Notes under the pieces: model-generated
Seen by the model: only the letters and a program-made list of their open reading frames with translations
Told to the model about the DNA's origin: nothing
The model's database searches: none
Part shown: in pieces, positions 27,658 to 37,131 of the stretch
How positions within the stretch are numbered: position 1 is the stretch's first letter
Layout: each line of letters starts with the position of its first letter
Origin: a virus
Taxonomy: Duplodnaviria; Caudoviricetes
Virus record (IMG/VR): IMGVR_UViG_3300037310_000168
Coordinates: 1-39,023 of that record
DNA length: 39,023 nucleotides
Strand: one strand, 5' to 3'
Position numbers and translations under genes: made by a program

Positions 27658-28082
27658 TACAGCTGTCCGCCTTTCGCCTTTTGCTGCTCCTGATGTTGCT
27701 CGATCTCTTGATATTGCTCGATCTCTTGTTCTTGTTCGGGAGTAGAAGTGAGCGCGTCGCGCTGAACCTTAGCCTCTGGCTTCTGGGTCTTGCTGACCCT
27801 AGGAATGTTCCTCTGCCACGCTCCACCGACACTCTCGGCTCCGGCCGAAGTCTGCTCCATGGTCATTCCAAGATCAGTCTCCATAGAACCTGCTCCAAGC
27901 TCATGGATCATTGCCTCTAAGTCGCGAAGTTCTTGTTCTTCATTACCAGGATCGCCAGAACCAAAACCGGCCGGTAAAGCTTCGACCTTGGCTTCGGTAC
28001 GAAGTTTGTATGAACCATCCGGATTAAAGTCTAGATCTACAACGAACTTACCAATTTTTTTGTTTGCAGTAACAATTTTCAT
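27657..28082 (-). CDS. Hypothetical protein, possibly DUF2997-like
   Basis: LDFNPDGSYKL...GFGSG...LEAMIHELG; Q/E-rich tail with an 18-nt duplication; AGGAG RBS. Confidence 0.45.
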   Translation of the reverse strand: MKIVTANKKIGKFVVDLDFNPDGSYKLRTEAKVEALPAGFGSGDPGNEEQELRDLEAMIHELGAGSMETDLGMTMEQTSAGAESVGGAWQRNIPRVSKTQKPEAKVQRDALTSTPEQEQEIEQYQEIEQHQEQQKAKGGQL

Positions 28083-28099
28083 TATTCAACTCTCCTGGT

Positions 28100-29977
28100 T
28101 TATTTATCCAAAATAATTCTTAGTAAGCTTAAGTCTTTCTTTTTAAGCTTCCTATCGCCCCCAAAGGCTGAAAGTATTTGTTCAATCTCGTCTAGCGTCT
28201 TCGGTAAATGCTTTCTAAATTCATAAATATAGTGCTCAAGATCTCTTATATAAGCTAACGGATGTTTAATTGTTCCATCCGGATTAAATTGTTGAGGTTC
28301 ACCGGCCAATGGTTGGACGTGATATTTATTGGCAACCTCTTTAAGATTCATAAGCTCAGCCTGCAGAGCTTCAATATCTTTTTCATATGTCTTGATTAAT
28401 GACTCGCTCTGGAATCTTTCTTCATAGAACTGACTCTGTGGTTTAGTGTGCTGACTAAGGCCTCTCTGAGATTGTTTGGCACCTAAAACGTGTCTAAAGA
28501 AATCCTTGATCTGTTGATAAAAATCGAAACCCCTATTAACCTTGTGGAAATTTGGAAAGCTAATATCGATATTGGGGGTAGCACTTTCAGTATGATGACG
28601 TTGGAATGTTGGTGGGTTTCCAGGAGTTCTAATCATTGAAAGCTGTCCAGGTAGATTGATATTGAAAATAATACCAGCGCCATCTCTTTCTTGCATTCTG
28701 GGAACAGGTGTGACGTATGGAACAGTGACGTTTTTTGACATAAATGCTGGGGCATTGATTCTTGATTCGCCCTTTAATTTGTCCCTGATATCCTTATTTA
28801 TTTCTGCATTTAGCTGCTCTACCTTTGGTTTTAGATCTTTGACCATTTGCTCCGATGGAGTTGTTCCCAACTTCTCACCGAATTCGAATACCACTTTGTT
28901 GAAGTCGTCATCACTTGAAGCCCCAGAAGTATCGATGGAATTACGCAAGTCTTTAATCTGCTTATCAATTTCATCCGACGGGATTCCCATTGCAGCCGCA
29001 TCGGCCTTTTCCTGCTCAAGTTCTTTTATTCTTTTAAGAATGGCCTTATCATCAAGCTCTGGTCCAGAATATCCAGAAGGATCACGATAAGCTCTCTCCA
29101 GCACCTGATCAATGGCATTTGCATTTGAGCGCGATATTAAGTCTATAGCCCCGCGTCTCAATTCTTGTAGAAAAGGTAGCTGATCTTCGTATAGCCTGTC
29201 AATATTTTTTAAATCAATGTCGGCAGAGGATATGGGCATTTTCTTTATCTTGAATTTTTTTGGTTTGTTTTCTTGGTGAGGAACTTCTGGGATTTCTGCA
29301 GTAGCCTTGTTGATAATATATTTGTCAAGACGCAATGTGATGTATTCTGAGTAAACAGCTGCAAAAAATTCTTTTGAGAACAATAGCGGATAATCAAATT
29401 GAGTCCTGGTGTAATTATCCATGATTAGTTTTGGAGTAGGAATCAGATTTTGCTCATTGTTCTCCTCGTTATTCTCCATTACAATGGTATATCTTTTAAA
29501 CACATATTCTGGCTTCTTGACTAGAATAACCAAGGAGTATTCTGCCCCGCCGGGAGCCTTTTCATCCCAAAACCATCCACCATTCACTGCGGTACGATAG
29601 GTGTCTGACTCGTGCAACTTTTCAGTTCTGAATATTTTTCTATACTGCTCTTTCTCCATTTTTTCTGGAATTGGCTCAAAAGATTTAAATGAAAGAATAA
29701 AATCTTCTCCATAAATTCGCGAGATTTTCGATTCGATGCGCGTTCCATTGCTAGATATGATAACAGCTTGATATTGGTCAAAATTCTCTCTAGGAGGAAA
29801 GAACGAAGACGTGTCTTCTAGGCTAATATCAGAATAGGCTGTCTCAAGGACATGGTTGACAGATACCCTAAGAGCTGATTCATTTGTCAGTTTTACGTTG
29901 GCAAATCCAACTTCTCCAATGGATTCGCGTGGAGTCTGAGCTATCCTAAGCAACTTTTGGATGATGATAGTTTTCAT
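28100..29977 (-). CDS. Hypothetical protein, putative virion core
   Basis: 625-aa ORF; N-terminus MKTIIIQKLLRIAQ. Confidence 0.75.
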   Translation of the reverse strand: MKTIIIQKLLRIAQTPRESIGEVGFANVKLTNESALRVSVNHVLETAYSDISLEDTSSFFPPRENFDQYQAVIISSNGTRIESKISRIYGEDFILSFKSFEPIPEKMEKEQYRKIFRTEKLHESDTYRTAVNGGWFWDEKAPGGAEYSLVILVKKPEYVFKRYTIVMENNEENNEQNLIPTPKLIMDNYTRTQFDYPLLFSKEFFAAVYSEYITLRLDKYIINKATAEIPEVPHQENKPKKFKIKKMPISSADIDLKNIDRLYEDQLPFLQELRRGAIDLISRSNANAIDQVLERAYRDPSGYSGPELDDKAILKRIKELEQEKADAAAMGIPSDEIDKQIKDLRNSIDTSGASSDDDFNKVVFEFGEKLGTTPSEQMVKDLKPKVEQLNAEINKDIRDKLKGESRINAPAFMSKNVTVPYVTPVPRMQERDGAGIIFNINLPGQLSMIRTPGNPPTFQRHHTESATPNIDISFPNFHKVNRGFDFYQQIKDFFRHVLGAKQSQRGLSQHTKPQSQFYEERFQSESLIKTYEKDIEALQAELMNLKEVANKYHVQPLAGEPQQFNPDGTIKHPLAYIRDLEHYIYEFRKHLPKTLDEIEQILSAFGGDRKLKKKDLSLLRIILDK

Positions 29978-29994
29978 TAAATGCTGCCCTTATC

Positions 29995-31176
29995 TTATAT
30001 AGTTTCCGGAGCCGGTGCGGCGGTTGGAACTTCTTCTTCTATTATTTCCTCTGTTGGCAATTCGCCAGCAGCTAAATCTTCCGTAGGCTGTTCTTCAAAC
30101 TGCTCTTCAAGATCTGTTTCTTTCTCTTCTAGCTTCTTAGTTTCCTTTTGAGCAGAGCTGATCTTGTCAACCTCTCCGTCTATTTTGGCTCTAATTTGAT
30201 CGTATTTAGTCAAAGCATCTTCATCTAGTACAATGTTTTCATTAAACACGACAGCCTCAAGCTCTTTCCTGAGATTGTCATAGAATTTTTCTGCCGACTG
30301 GATAGAAAGAATATTCCTTACTTCCCACTTAGGTGCGTCAGCCAAACGAGACTCGATTTCTTCTGGGGTTGGTCGTACCTTGGCATTAACACTACCACCA
30401 AGGTTTTCACCTTCAGAAAACTCTTCCTCGACGTCAACATTGCCAAGATCATCATCAGCTGCGTCGGTAGCATCTTCTCTAAATGAAATGGCATCATCTG
30501 TCTGTTCGTCTGCGCCGCTAGTCGCTTCTTGCAAAGTGTTAGCAACGTTCTCATCAGTAGGCGCTTCTACCTCTACGTCCTGAACCTGAGCACTTACAAT
30601 TCTGTCTTTTGAGAACATGGCGGCTAGCTCTAGAGCTTCTTCCTCATCTACTTCATTGGCTGCTGGTGTAGAAACAGCAGGGGCTGGAGCCGACACCGAT
30701 GTATTGGACTCTTGAATTCTAGTATTAAGTTCCGAAGATATTCTGTGGAGCTTGGCGTCGGCATCATTGATAGCGGCCAGGATCGACTCAAGATCTGGAT
30801 TAAAAGCAACGATCTCATCGTCCTTAAATCCGCGCTTCCTCAGCTCGTCAATGGTTGCAAATATTTTATTCAGTGTTCCAGTCTTTAGTTTTCCATTAGA
30901 ATGAGCGTAGACATTATATCCATCAACTGCGTTAGGGAAAGCCTTGCCCATGTCTTCTGTAATATGGAAGTAATTCTTGGCGTCGCCATTGTAAACCATT
31001 CCATAATCCTGAAGAACTGCACACATATGAATAGTCTGCTGACGGGTTAGGTCAGCATACTTAACAGCCTCTTTAATGGCATCCGAAAGAGCAACCCCGT
31101 CAGAAACTACTCGTGTTATGACTTTGGCGGCCATTTTTTCGGCTAACGAATGGTACATAGGATAAATTCCTGGCAT
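29995..31176 (-). CDS. Acidic coiled-coil hypothetical protein
   Basis: E/D-rich; RIVSAQ motif; AAGGAG RBS. Confidence 0.75.
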   Translation of the reverse strand: MPGIYPMYHSLAEKMAAKVITRVVSDGVALSDAIKEAVKYADLTRQQTIHMCAVLQDYGMVYNGDAKNYFHITEDMGKAFPNAVDGYNVYAHSNGKLKTGTLNKIFATIDELRKRGFKDDEIVAFNPDLESILAAINDADAKLHRISSELNTRIQESNTSVSAPAPAVSTPAANEVDEEEALELAAMFSKDRIVSAQVQDVEVEAPTDENVANTLQEATSGADEQTDDAISFREDATDAADDDLGNVDVEEEFSEGENLGGSVNAKVRPTPEEIESRLADAPKWEVRNILSIQSAEKFYDNLRKELEAVVFNENIVLDEDALTKYDQIRAKIDGEVDKISSAQKETKKLEEKETDLEEQFEEQPTEDLAAGELPTEEIIEEEVPTAAPAPETI

Positions 31177-31182
31177 AATGTG

Positions 31183-32013
31183 TTACTCTCCTTTATTTTC
31201 TGGTTCAGTTGAAACTATTTCAATTGCTGAGCCAGCGTCTACGCTCATGTTATTTGTTTGAATATCTTGAGTCGATGTTGATATATTGATATTGGTTGTT
31301 TGTGTATCACCGCTATTTACGGTTATGTTTACGCCGTCTCCCGAACCCGAAACCTTGTCCATTTCTTCTTTATAGATCTGGAGAGCTTCATTAATCAATG
31401 ACGGGTCTAGTTTTATTAATATCTTTTGAAAAATAGTCTTAAAAGCCTCTTGGTACTTGCCCATCTCAGCAACCGTGATAGAGATGCCAACATTTGAGCT
31501 TTGAGATTCTTGTTTCTTTAAGTCGGCCGTAGCCTTTATGAAGTCAAGATTTAGTCCGCGAAGCTGCGTGATCCATCCCTGCAAAATCTCTTCATCTCTG
31601 GCCTTGTACATGAGGTTGCCATCGGCGTCCCTCGTCTTAGAGTCCATGAGAGAAATTCTTTCCATAATCTTCTCTTGCATGGATTTATAGTTGGTCATTA
31701 CATCGATAGCCTTCTGCGTCATCTCTTGACGGGCTTCGATTAACTCTTGATTGCTAGCGTGTATCCCTAGCTCGTTTGCGTCCCTAGTTTTTCCTTCGGC
31801 AAGAAGCGCCTTTCTTTTTTCTGCTGCTTCTTCTCTGGAGAGATTCAAGAAATTGGTCCTGTACTCAGTTAATGTAACGCCAGAAAGCCAGTGCCTTCTA
31901 TGCTTATATTTAACCTTTAACCAATTAGATACTTCGGTTGGAGAATTTCCATCCCTAAGCATCTGTTCAATTTCTGCTCTGCTAGGATGTTTTTGTACCC
32001 TGCTACCCTTCAT
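31183..32013 (-). CDS. Candidate terminase small subunit (N-terminal HTH plus helical region)
   Basis: HPSRAEIEQMLRDGNSPTEVSNWL HTH-like start, helical middle, beta-like INIS tail; upstream of terL but not adjacent. Confidence 0.45.
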   Translation of the reverse strand: MKGSRVQKHPSRAEIEQMLRDGNSPTEVSNWLKVKYKHRRHWLSGVTLTEYRTNFLNLSREEAAEKRKALLAEGKTRDANELGIHASNQELIEARQEMTQKAIDVMTNYKSMQEKIMERISLMDSKTRDADGNLMYKARDEEILQGWITQLRGLNLDFIKATADLKKQESQSSNVGISITVAEMGKYQEAFKTIFQKILIKLDPSLINEALQIYKEEMDKVSGSGDGVNITVNSGDTQTTNINISTSTQDIQTNNMSVDAGSAIEIVSTEPENKGE

Positions 32014-32022
32014 AGTCCAACC

Positions 32023-32298
32023 TTACCCGTTGTTTTTGATAATCATCCCTGTATAATAATTATCTTTGACATTTTGATTAGTAACCGATCCGTGCGGGCG
32101 ATAGATCTCTTTACCTAATGGACATTCGTATGTTTCGTCGCCAACCCTATTCAGTCTAACACCGGCATGTTTTGGGCAATTCGCACTCATGGTATCAGTT
32201 TCTTGCCATGGCAATGATAGCCCGTTGTCGTTAATAGAGATATATTCTTCAGTATCCCTTGGAGATAAGCGAAACTTAATCGATATCCGTTTCATCAT
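32023..32298 (-). CDS. Small CPxH...CP protein
   Basis: NCPKHAGVR...YECPLGKEIY...GSVTNQ; paralogue of the next gene. Confidence 0.7.
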   Translation of the reverse strand: MMKRISIKFRLSPRDTEEYISINDNGLSLPWQETDTMSANCPKHAGVRLNRVGDETYECPLGKEIYRPHGSVTNQNVKDNYYTGMIIKNNG

Positions 32299-32641
32299 GA
32301 ATATATCCCATGGCCTTTGCTAGCTTTCGGGCGGCATCGAAACCTTCATCGGTAACCGACTCAGTATTTTTATGCAGGTTGTCCATAGCGGCGAAACCAT
32401 CAGTCTGCTCGGCCACAGTGCCTTTTGCTTTAAAAACTTCCCCGTCAACCGGGCACTCCCAGACCAAATCACTTTTTTCATATCCAAGCTTTTTCTTTCC
32501 GGCTTCTCCAACTAGGCGCTTGCGAACACCAGGATGCTTTGGGCAATTAGGTCCATAAACTGACCAGTCTTCGTCTAGAGAATAGAGGGATTCTTCTCGC
32601 TCGGCCTTTTTTTCTGAATACTTTTTGAAAATTTCACTCAT
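32276..32641 (-). CDS. Small CPxH...CP protein
   Basis: NCPKHPGVR...WECPVDGEVF...GTVAEQ. Confidence 0.7.
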   Translation of the reverse strand: MSEIFKKYSEKKAEREESLYSLDEDWSVYGPNCPKHPGVRKRLVGEAGKKKLGYEKSDLVWECPVDGEVFKAKGTVAEQTDGFAAMDNLHKNTESVTDEGFDAARKLAKAMGYIHDETDID

Positions 32642-32653
32642 GATAAGTCCTTT

Positions 32654-32893
32654 TTAAGATATTATAAGTACGGATTCTACGTTTTCTTCTGGAGATCCGA
32701 CGTAGTCATCTTTTTCTATATACCCATGAGCAAATTCATATTTGCCCATTCTTACAGAGGTAGCTATTTCATCGTTACCGCTGGCCAGTATAACCTTTGT
32801 GTTCGGATCTACTTTTTTTAATTCATCAATAAGCTTCCCGGCAGTCATGGGGATAACATCCGGGTCTCTACCAAAAAAAACCAAGCAGAGCAT
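32654..32893 (-). CDS. Small hypothetical phage protein (start may be ATG 32848)
   Basis: MTAGKLIDELKKVDPNTKV pattern common in small phage proteins. Confidence 0.55.
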   Translation of the reverse strand: MLCLVFFGRDPDVIPMTAGKLIDELKKVDPNTKVILASGNDEIATSVRMGKYEFAHGYIEKDDYVGSPEENVESVLIIS

Positions 32894-32935
32894 TCTTTCT
32901 CAGACGGATGTTTTTGCTTACTTCTGAAAATCTCA

Positions 32936-33406
32936 TTATTCCATTACCTCGCCGTAATTATAATTAGGAGATCCCGGCTCTATATATTCTTCTATAACCG
33001 ATTTTTTGGAATCTTGCTTTCTTACGTACTTTTTAAGGTTCTTGCCTTTTATGTTAACCGTCCCGTCCCAGTTTTTTGGAGGGATCGATTTTTCTTGAGG
33101 GCTTTCTCCTGCCGCCATCCACGGAGCTCCATAGCCTTGGCTCGGGTCCGTCATTCCCGGGATCATATTCGGCATATCCCAGAGAGCCTGCTTCCTCATT
33201 ATCATTCTTGCCATAATTGGAGCCCAGCCTTCGTAGTCTGGCTTAAAGCCCTTTTCTAATTGCTCTTGATCATCTCCGACCTGATTAACTTTTTCGGTCG
33301 AGCTTTTAAACGGGTTGGCCCGGTTGAGGTTCCTGGCCGGATCCTTCTTTTCCATCTTCAAGCGCCTCGGCGAGAATACCTCTTCTGAGTTGTGGGTTGG
33401 GTCCAT
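32936..33406 (-). CDS. Hypothetical protein (start may be ATG 33355)
   Basis: Operon-filling ORF; RKQALWD motif. Confidence 0.65.
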   Translation of the reverse strand: MDPTHNSEEVFSPRRLKMEKKDPARNLNRANPFKSSTEKVNQVGDDQEQLEKGFKPDYEGWAPIMARMIMRKQALWDMPNMIPGMTDPSQGYGAPWMAAGESPQEKSIPPKNWDGTVNIKGKNLKKYVRKQDSKKSVIEEYIEPGSPNYNYGEVME

Positions 33407-33824
33407 TTTGTTTTTCAGCCGCCATTCTTACGGCTACTCCTCGTTCTGATGCTTGTCGTATAGCATTCTCTACGGCGGTTTTGATTATATTTATGCCCTT
33501 GCCAGGAAATGCTCGCTTCACATTTAAATTGCTCTCAGCTTGTTTTTTCATTTCGGCAGTCGGGCGATTAATAGTATTTAGAATTGCATCGGAATAATTT
33601 GTCTCAATCTTGACCAACTTTTCCTTGTTGGCTTCCAGTCTGGCTTTCGCTATCTTACCCTCTATCGTTACTCTGAGAGCATCCATAGCCTTGTTTGCAT
33701 GTATAAGGTTGGAGTGATTTTTCTTATCTTCGTGACTGACTTTAATGTTAGCCAAATAGAATCCTACTCCCTCTATTTGTCTTTTAATTTCATTTAGTCG
33801 CTGGAACTCTTCCTGGCTGCTCAT
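33306..33824 (-). CDS. Hypothetical helical protein (track start 33905; ATG 33824 has GAGG)
   Basis: MSSQEEFQRL...; KTA, KQA and RMA motifs. Confidence 0.65.
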   Translation of the reverse strand: MSSQEEFQRLNEIKRQIEGVGFYLANIKVSHEDKKNHSNLIHANKAMDALRVTIEGKIAKARLEANKEKLVKIETNYSDAILNTINRPTAEMKKQAESNLNVKRAFPGKGINIIKTAVENAIRQASERGVAVRMAAEKQNGPNPQLRRGILAEALEDGKEGSGQEPQPGQPV

Positions 33825-34113
33825 TTTGTTGTTTCCTCGAACTGGGGACCGGCTTAAATTTGCAGTTGCAGTTTGGATGGCTAGTTCGATATATCGGATT
33901 GTCATATGTCAGCAATTCGGATATATCGTAAATGTTTCCATTCAGGACTTCGCAATCCGGATCTGACTGGAGATTCGCCTCAAAATAGACTTGGGAAAAA
34001 CCTTCGTTTTGGAACTTTCTCAAGTCTATCGCACTCAGATCGGGTCTTGTAATAACTGAAACCACGGTCTTTCTATTTTTAATTCTAGCTCTAATTATAT
34101 CAAATGTTTTCAT
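33790..34113 (-). CDS. Minimal MuF/SPP1 gp7-like head morphogenesis domain
   Basis: DCEVLNGNIY...SHPNCNC matches the C..L.G.....HPNCRC MuF signature. Confidence 0.65.
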   Translation of the reverse strand: MKTFDIIRARIKNRKTVVSVITRPDLSAIDLRKFQNEGFSQVYFEANLQSDPDCEVLNGNIYDISELLTYDNPIYRTSHPNCNCKFKPVPSSRKQQNEQPGRVPATK

Positions 34114-34118
34114 TTGAT

Positions 34119-34673
34119 TTATCGCTTGCCGGGTTTAACCTTACTGGCTAAGAATTTGAACAACCATGTCATGAAGGCGGCTCCTGATGCTATCAGGAAA
34201 GCCTTGATCTCTGCTGCAGAGTTAGGCTGCTTCTGAACTAATGTATAATAATCAGAAGTGCTCACTGCGGCCCACATTAAGAAAAATGTCAGCAACACGC
34301 TCCAGTCGCCAGCCTTGTTTAAAAGGCTATACAACTTTCCGCTGCCAGTACTTTCGGCCGGAACCTCTGCTGGATACTGCTCTGTGTTTCTCACAGCCAT
34401 AGGGCCTTTGCTTTCGCTATTATTGCCACGGAATCCTTGATACATCTGCGCGGTTACTTTCATACCAAGAAACTGTTTAACTATATTTTTTACGATTTGA
34501 AATGTTTCTTTCAGTCCGTGTTTATTGACAAAATCAGTGATGTACTCATTTCGATCCTGCTCAGACATCGATACTGCGCGATCCAAAATATTGGTCATCT
34601 GCGCTTCGACCATCTTATTGGCTCGAATGAATCTATCTAAGTTTCTTTTTCTATATGAGGATAGTTTTATCAT
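34119..34673 (-). CDS. Hypothetical protein with two C-terminal TM helices
   Basis: WSVLLTFFLMWAAV and AFLIASGAAFMTWLF; VEAQM and VTAQM motifs. Confidence 0.7.
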   Translation of the reverse strand: MIKLSSYRKRNLDRFIRANKMVEAQMTNILDRAVSMSEQDRNEYITDFVNKHGLKETFQIVKNIVKQFLGMKVTAQMYQGFRGNNSESKGPMAVRNTEQYPAEVPAESTGSGKLYSLLNKAGDWSVLLTFFLMWAAVSTSDYYTLVQKQPNSAAEIKAFLIASGAAFMTWLFKFLASKVKPGKR

Positions 34674-34674
34674 T

Positions 34675-36249
34675 TTACATCAAATGTATTTCTGCTGAAT
34701 TTTGATAGAACGGATCATTGTCTGAATCAATTTCTATGTTCTTACGTTTGATTTCGTCATCCAAAGTAATAGCCCCGGAGGCACGTTTAGTTTCATAGGC
34801 TTTAGCTTCTTTCATCCAATTGATGTAGTCAGCAGTCGCTCTAGTGCTTGCACTGCTACCAAACTTGGACGATATAGCCTCCATGCATGCGTTGGCCACA
34901 GCTAGCTTTTTGCCATAAATGCTTTCCTTGATTATCTTTCTTAGCTCATTCAGTGTGGCATTTGTGGTCAAGAATGAATCGGAAAAAGCATCGCTTAAAG
35001 CGCTCTGGTACTCATCGTCAGTGGCGGGAGTCATATCTTTGCTCAAGAAGTTATTCAAAGAATTTGCGTTCAACGGCATTGGTTTTCCATCACCGTAGAA
35101 GAATTCTGCAGTTGTTTGTTGAGGAGAGACTAGTACTGGGACGGTAGCAGTTCTGATTCCATTAACCGTCTTCTGCTTAATACTAAAGGCTATGACACCA
35201 GCAAATGGCTGCACTACCACTTCGGAAGCCGTAGCCGGGCCCTCTATCTCTCTCGTGCCGATGACCTCCTCTGCTGGCTCCTCATCTGTAGGATAATCTT
35301 TTGGCTCGGTCAAATCAAGATGTCCAGAGTAGTCGATATTAACATTGATATTTACAGATCCAGGCTGACCATCGCTATTACGGGATATCTTTTCCTTAAC
35401 AACGGAACGGGCCTTTTCAATGCTCTCTTGAATGTTAGACTCAACAGCATTTAGGCCATTTTCAGTATTCTCATCAAGGGGAATAGAGTATGAAAGCGAT
35501 ATGTGATTAGTCTCTGTAACAAGATTCTCATTTTCCATCTGAGCAGTCGGGATAAGCGTTTGTTCGGTTGTTCTGACTAGTCCAGACTTGGAGAAAGCTA
35601 CCGGCCTCTCCTCCGCAATGTACTCTTTGGCATATTTTTCTAACGTAGACTTGTCGAACGAAAGGTGTTTACCGGCTTTGGATATGAATGTTTTTGGATA
35701 CAACGCCATACCATCAGACACAAGAACCGGAACGCCAATCGTGGCCTTTCCGGTTCCGGTATTAAAAGAAACAAGCCAGTTGGCAACACCGGAGTCTCCG
35801 GCCTTCGCCAGCCTGGTAAATCCTGCGTAGGAGTATTGCGGAATAGAAACCGAAGCCTCAACAACCTCTTTCACTCTCTCAAGAGTATCGCTCTTTATTT
35901 CAGAAGAGACATCTCTTTTAATTTCGAGTGCGAGATTTCTATCATCCGAGGCAAATGAGTCGTCGCGATCAAAAGAAGCAGAGGCGGCTTTTGGCTTTTC
36001 TGTATTTCTGAAATCGCCAAATACGTCTTCAAAGTAATCTCTGAAATTGGAATCTGCATTCAATCCAGAAAACGTACTGAACGACTGCTTAATATCATCT
36101 GATGTGACAAAGCCATTAGGGTTAGAGTTCAGCCTGTTTTCATACAAAGCATGAATATTACGAATAACCTGATCGTGTCTTTCAAGATTGGACATTTTCT
36201 CCAACCTCTCGACGACCTCGGCCACTCTAAAAAATTTGATATTAGCCAT
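34675..36249 (-). CDS. Hypothetical head-region protein with an internal domain duplication
   Basis: Two copies of a VPVLVS...F..GK...L segment; AAGGAG RBS. Confidence 0.75.
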   Translation of the reverse strand: MANIKFFRVAEVVERLEKMSNLERHDQVIRNIHALYENRLNSNPNGFVTSDDIKQSFSTFSGLNADSNFRDYFEDVFGDFRNTEKPKAASASFDRDDSFASDDRNLALEIKRDVSSEIKSDTLERVKEVVEASVSIPQYSYAGFTRLAKAGDSGVANWLVSFNTGTGKATIGVPVLVSDGMALYPKTFISKAGKHLSFDKSTLEKYAKEYIAEERPVAFSKSGLVRTTEQTLIPTAQMENENLVTETNHISLSYSIPLDENTENGLNAVESNIQESIEKARSVVKEKISRNSDGQPGSVNINVNIDYSGHLDLTEPKDYPTDEEPAEEVIGTREIEGPATASEVVVQPFAGVIAFSIKQKTVNGIRTATVPVLVSPQQTTAEFFYGDGKPMPLNANSLNNFLSKDMTPATDDEYQSALSDAFSDSFLTTNATLNELRKIIKESIYGKKLAVANACMEAISSKFGSSASTRATADYINWMKEAKAYETKRASGAITLDDEIKRKNIEIDSDNDPFYQNSAEIHLM

Positions 36250-36279
36250 TATGCTAGCTCCTTGGGGCGACCTGATATT

Positions 36280-36585
36280 TTATTGTTCTATTTTACTAAC
36301 AATGAATTCTTCACCGCTGTCTGCATCTTTTTCTAAGATCCATGTTCCTTGTTGATTTGCATCAACCGGAGCATAAACATCCCAGAAAGCTTTTCTTAGA
36401 CCAAAGCTCGCAGCATCAGCCACAGCTATGCGTTCTGGTCTCTTTCCGGTTGCCTTAAACTTTGCGACTAAGTATTCTTTGTCATCCATAGCTTCTAGAT
36501 CTGCAAGGGCCAGGTCTTCCTGAAGCTCCTTATAGTCTAAAATGTTATAATTCTGGTCATTTGCCGAATTTATTCTAGTTGACAT
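36280..36585 (-). CDS. Hypothetical protein, first gene of the head-region operon
   Basis: AAGGAG RBS; follows a terminator and an AT-rich promoter-like region. Confidence 0.75.
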   Translation of the reverse strand: MSTRINSANDQNYNILDYKELQEDLALADLEAMDDKEYLVAKFKATGKRPERIAVADAASFGLRKAFWDVYAPVDANQQGTWILEKDADSGEEFIVSKIEQ

Positions 36586-36700
36586 TGTGCTCTCCTTAAT
36601 TATATATCAACGCCAAGGGCGGTAATATTGTATCTCTTTATAAATTAAATTTTTATAAAAGATTTTCATATTTTAAGCCAATTAAATAAAGACAATAATT

Positions 36701-36723
36701 AAAAAACCGCCCAGGAGAGCGGT
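36701..36723 (-). terminator. Intrinsic terminator ending the primase operon
   Basis: ACCGCUC-UCCU-GGGCGGU followed by UUUUU. Confidence 0.8.
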
Positions 36724-36735
36724 CTAATTAAACAA

Positions 36736-37131
36736 TTATAATGACTTAAGATCTGCTAAAATTTTTTGGATTTCACTATCATTACTACACGACTTTTTCA
36801 ATCTCTTGAATCCCAGCTTCAATCTTACGTTGGCGGCCTCTTGGGAAACTCCTAATATGCTCCCCATGTGCTCCTGCTTCTTTTGTAACAAAAACAAATT
36901 TATAGCCTCTTGCTGTCTGTCTGTTAATTCAGTCTTTACTTTAACCATAATCAACTTAATTAATTTATCTTTAAGTTGATGCCTTATTTCTTTGTTATTT
37001 TCATCCTCGGCATCTTCTGAGTAGTGAGATGCATCAACCACCGATGCCAGAAGCGACGGATCTATCAAACTATGATGATATTTATATTGCTGATCATCAT
37101 ATTCCTGCTTAGACATGTTTTTCTTAGCCAT
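36736..37131 (-). CDS. Sigma-70 region-4-like HTH protein
   Basis: LTDRQQEAINL...QEHMGSILGVSQEAANVRL...KRLKK. Confidence 0.75.
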   Translation of the reverse strand: MAKKNMSKQEYDDQQYKYHHSLIDPSLLASVVDASHYSEDAEDENNKEIRHQLKDKLIKLIMVKVKTELTDRQQEAINLFLLQKKQEHMGSILGVSQEAANVRLKLGFKRLKKSCSNDSEIQKILADLKSL

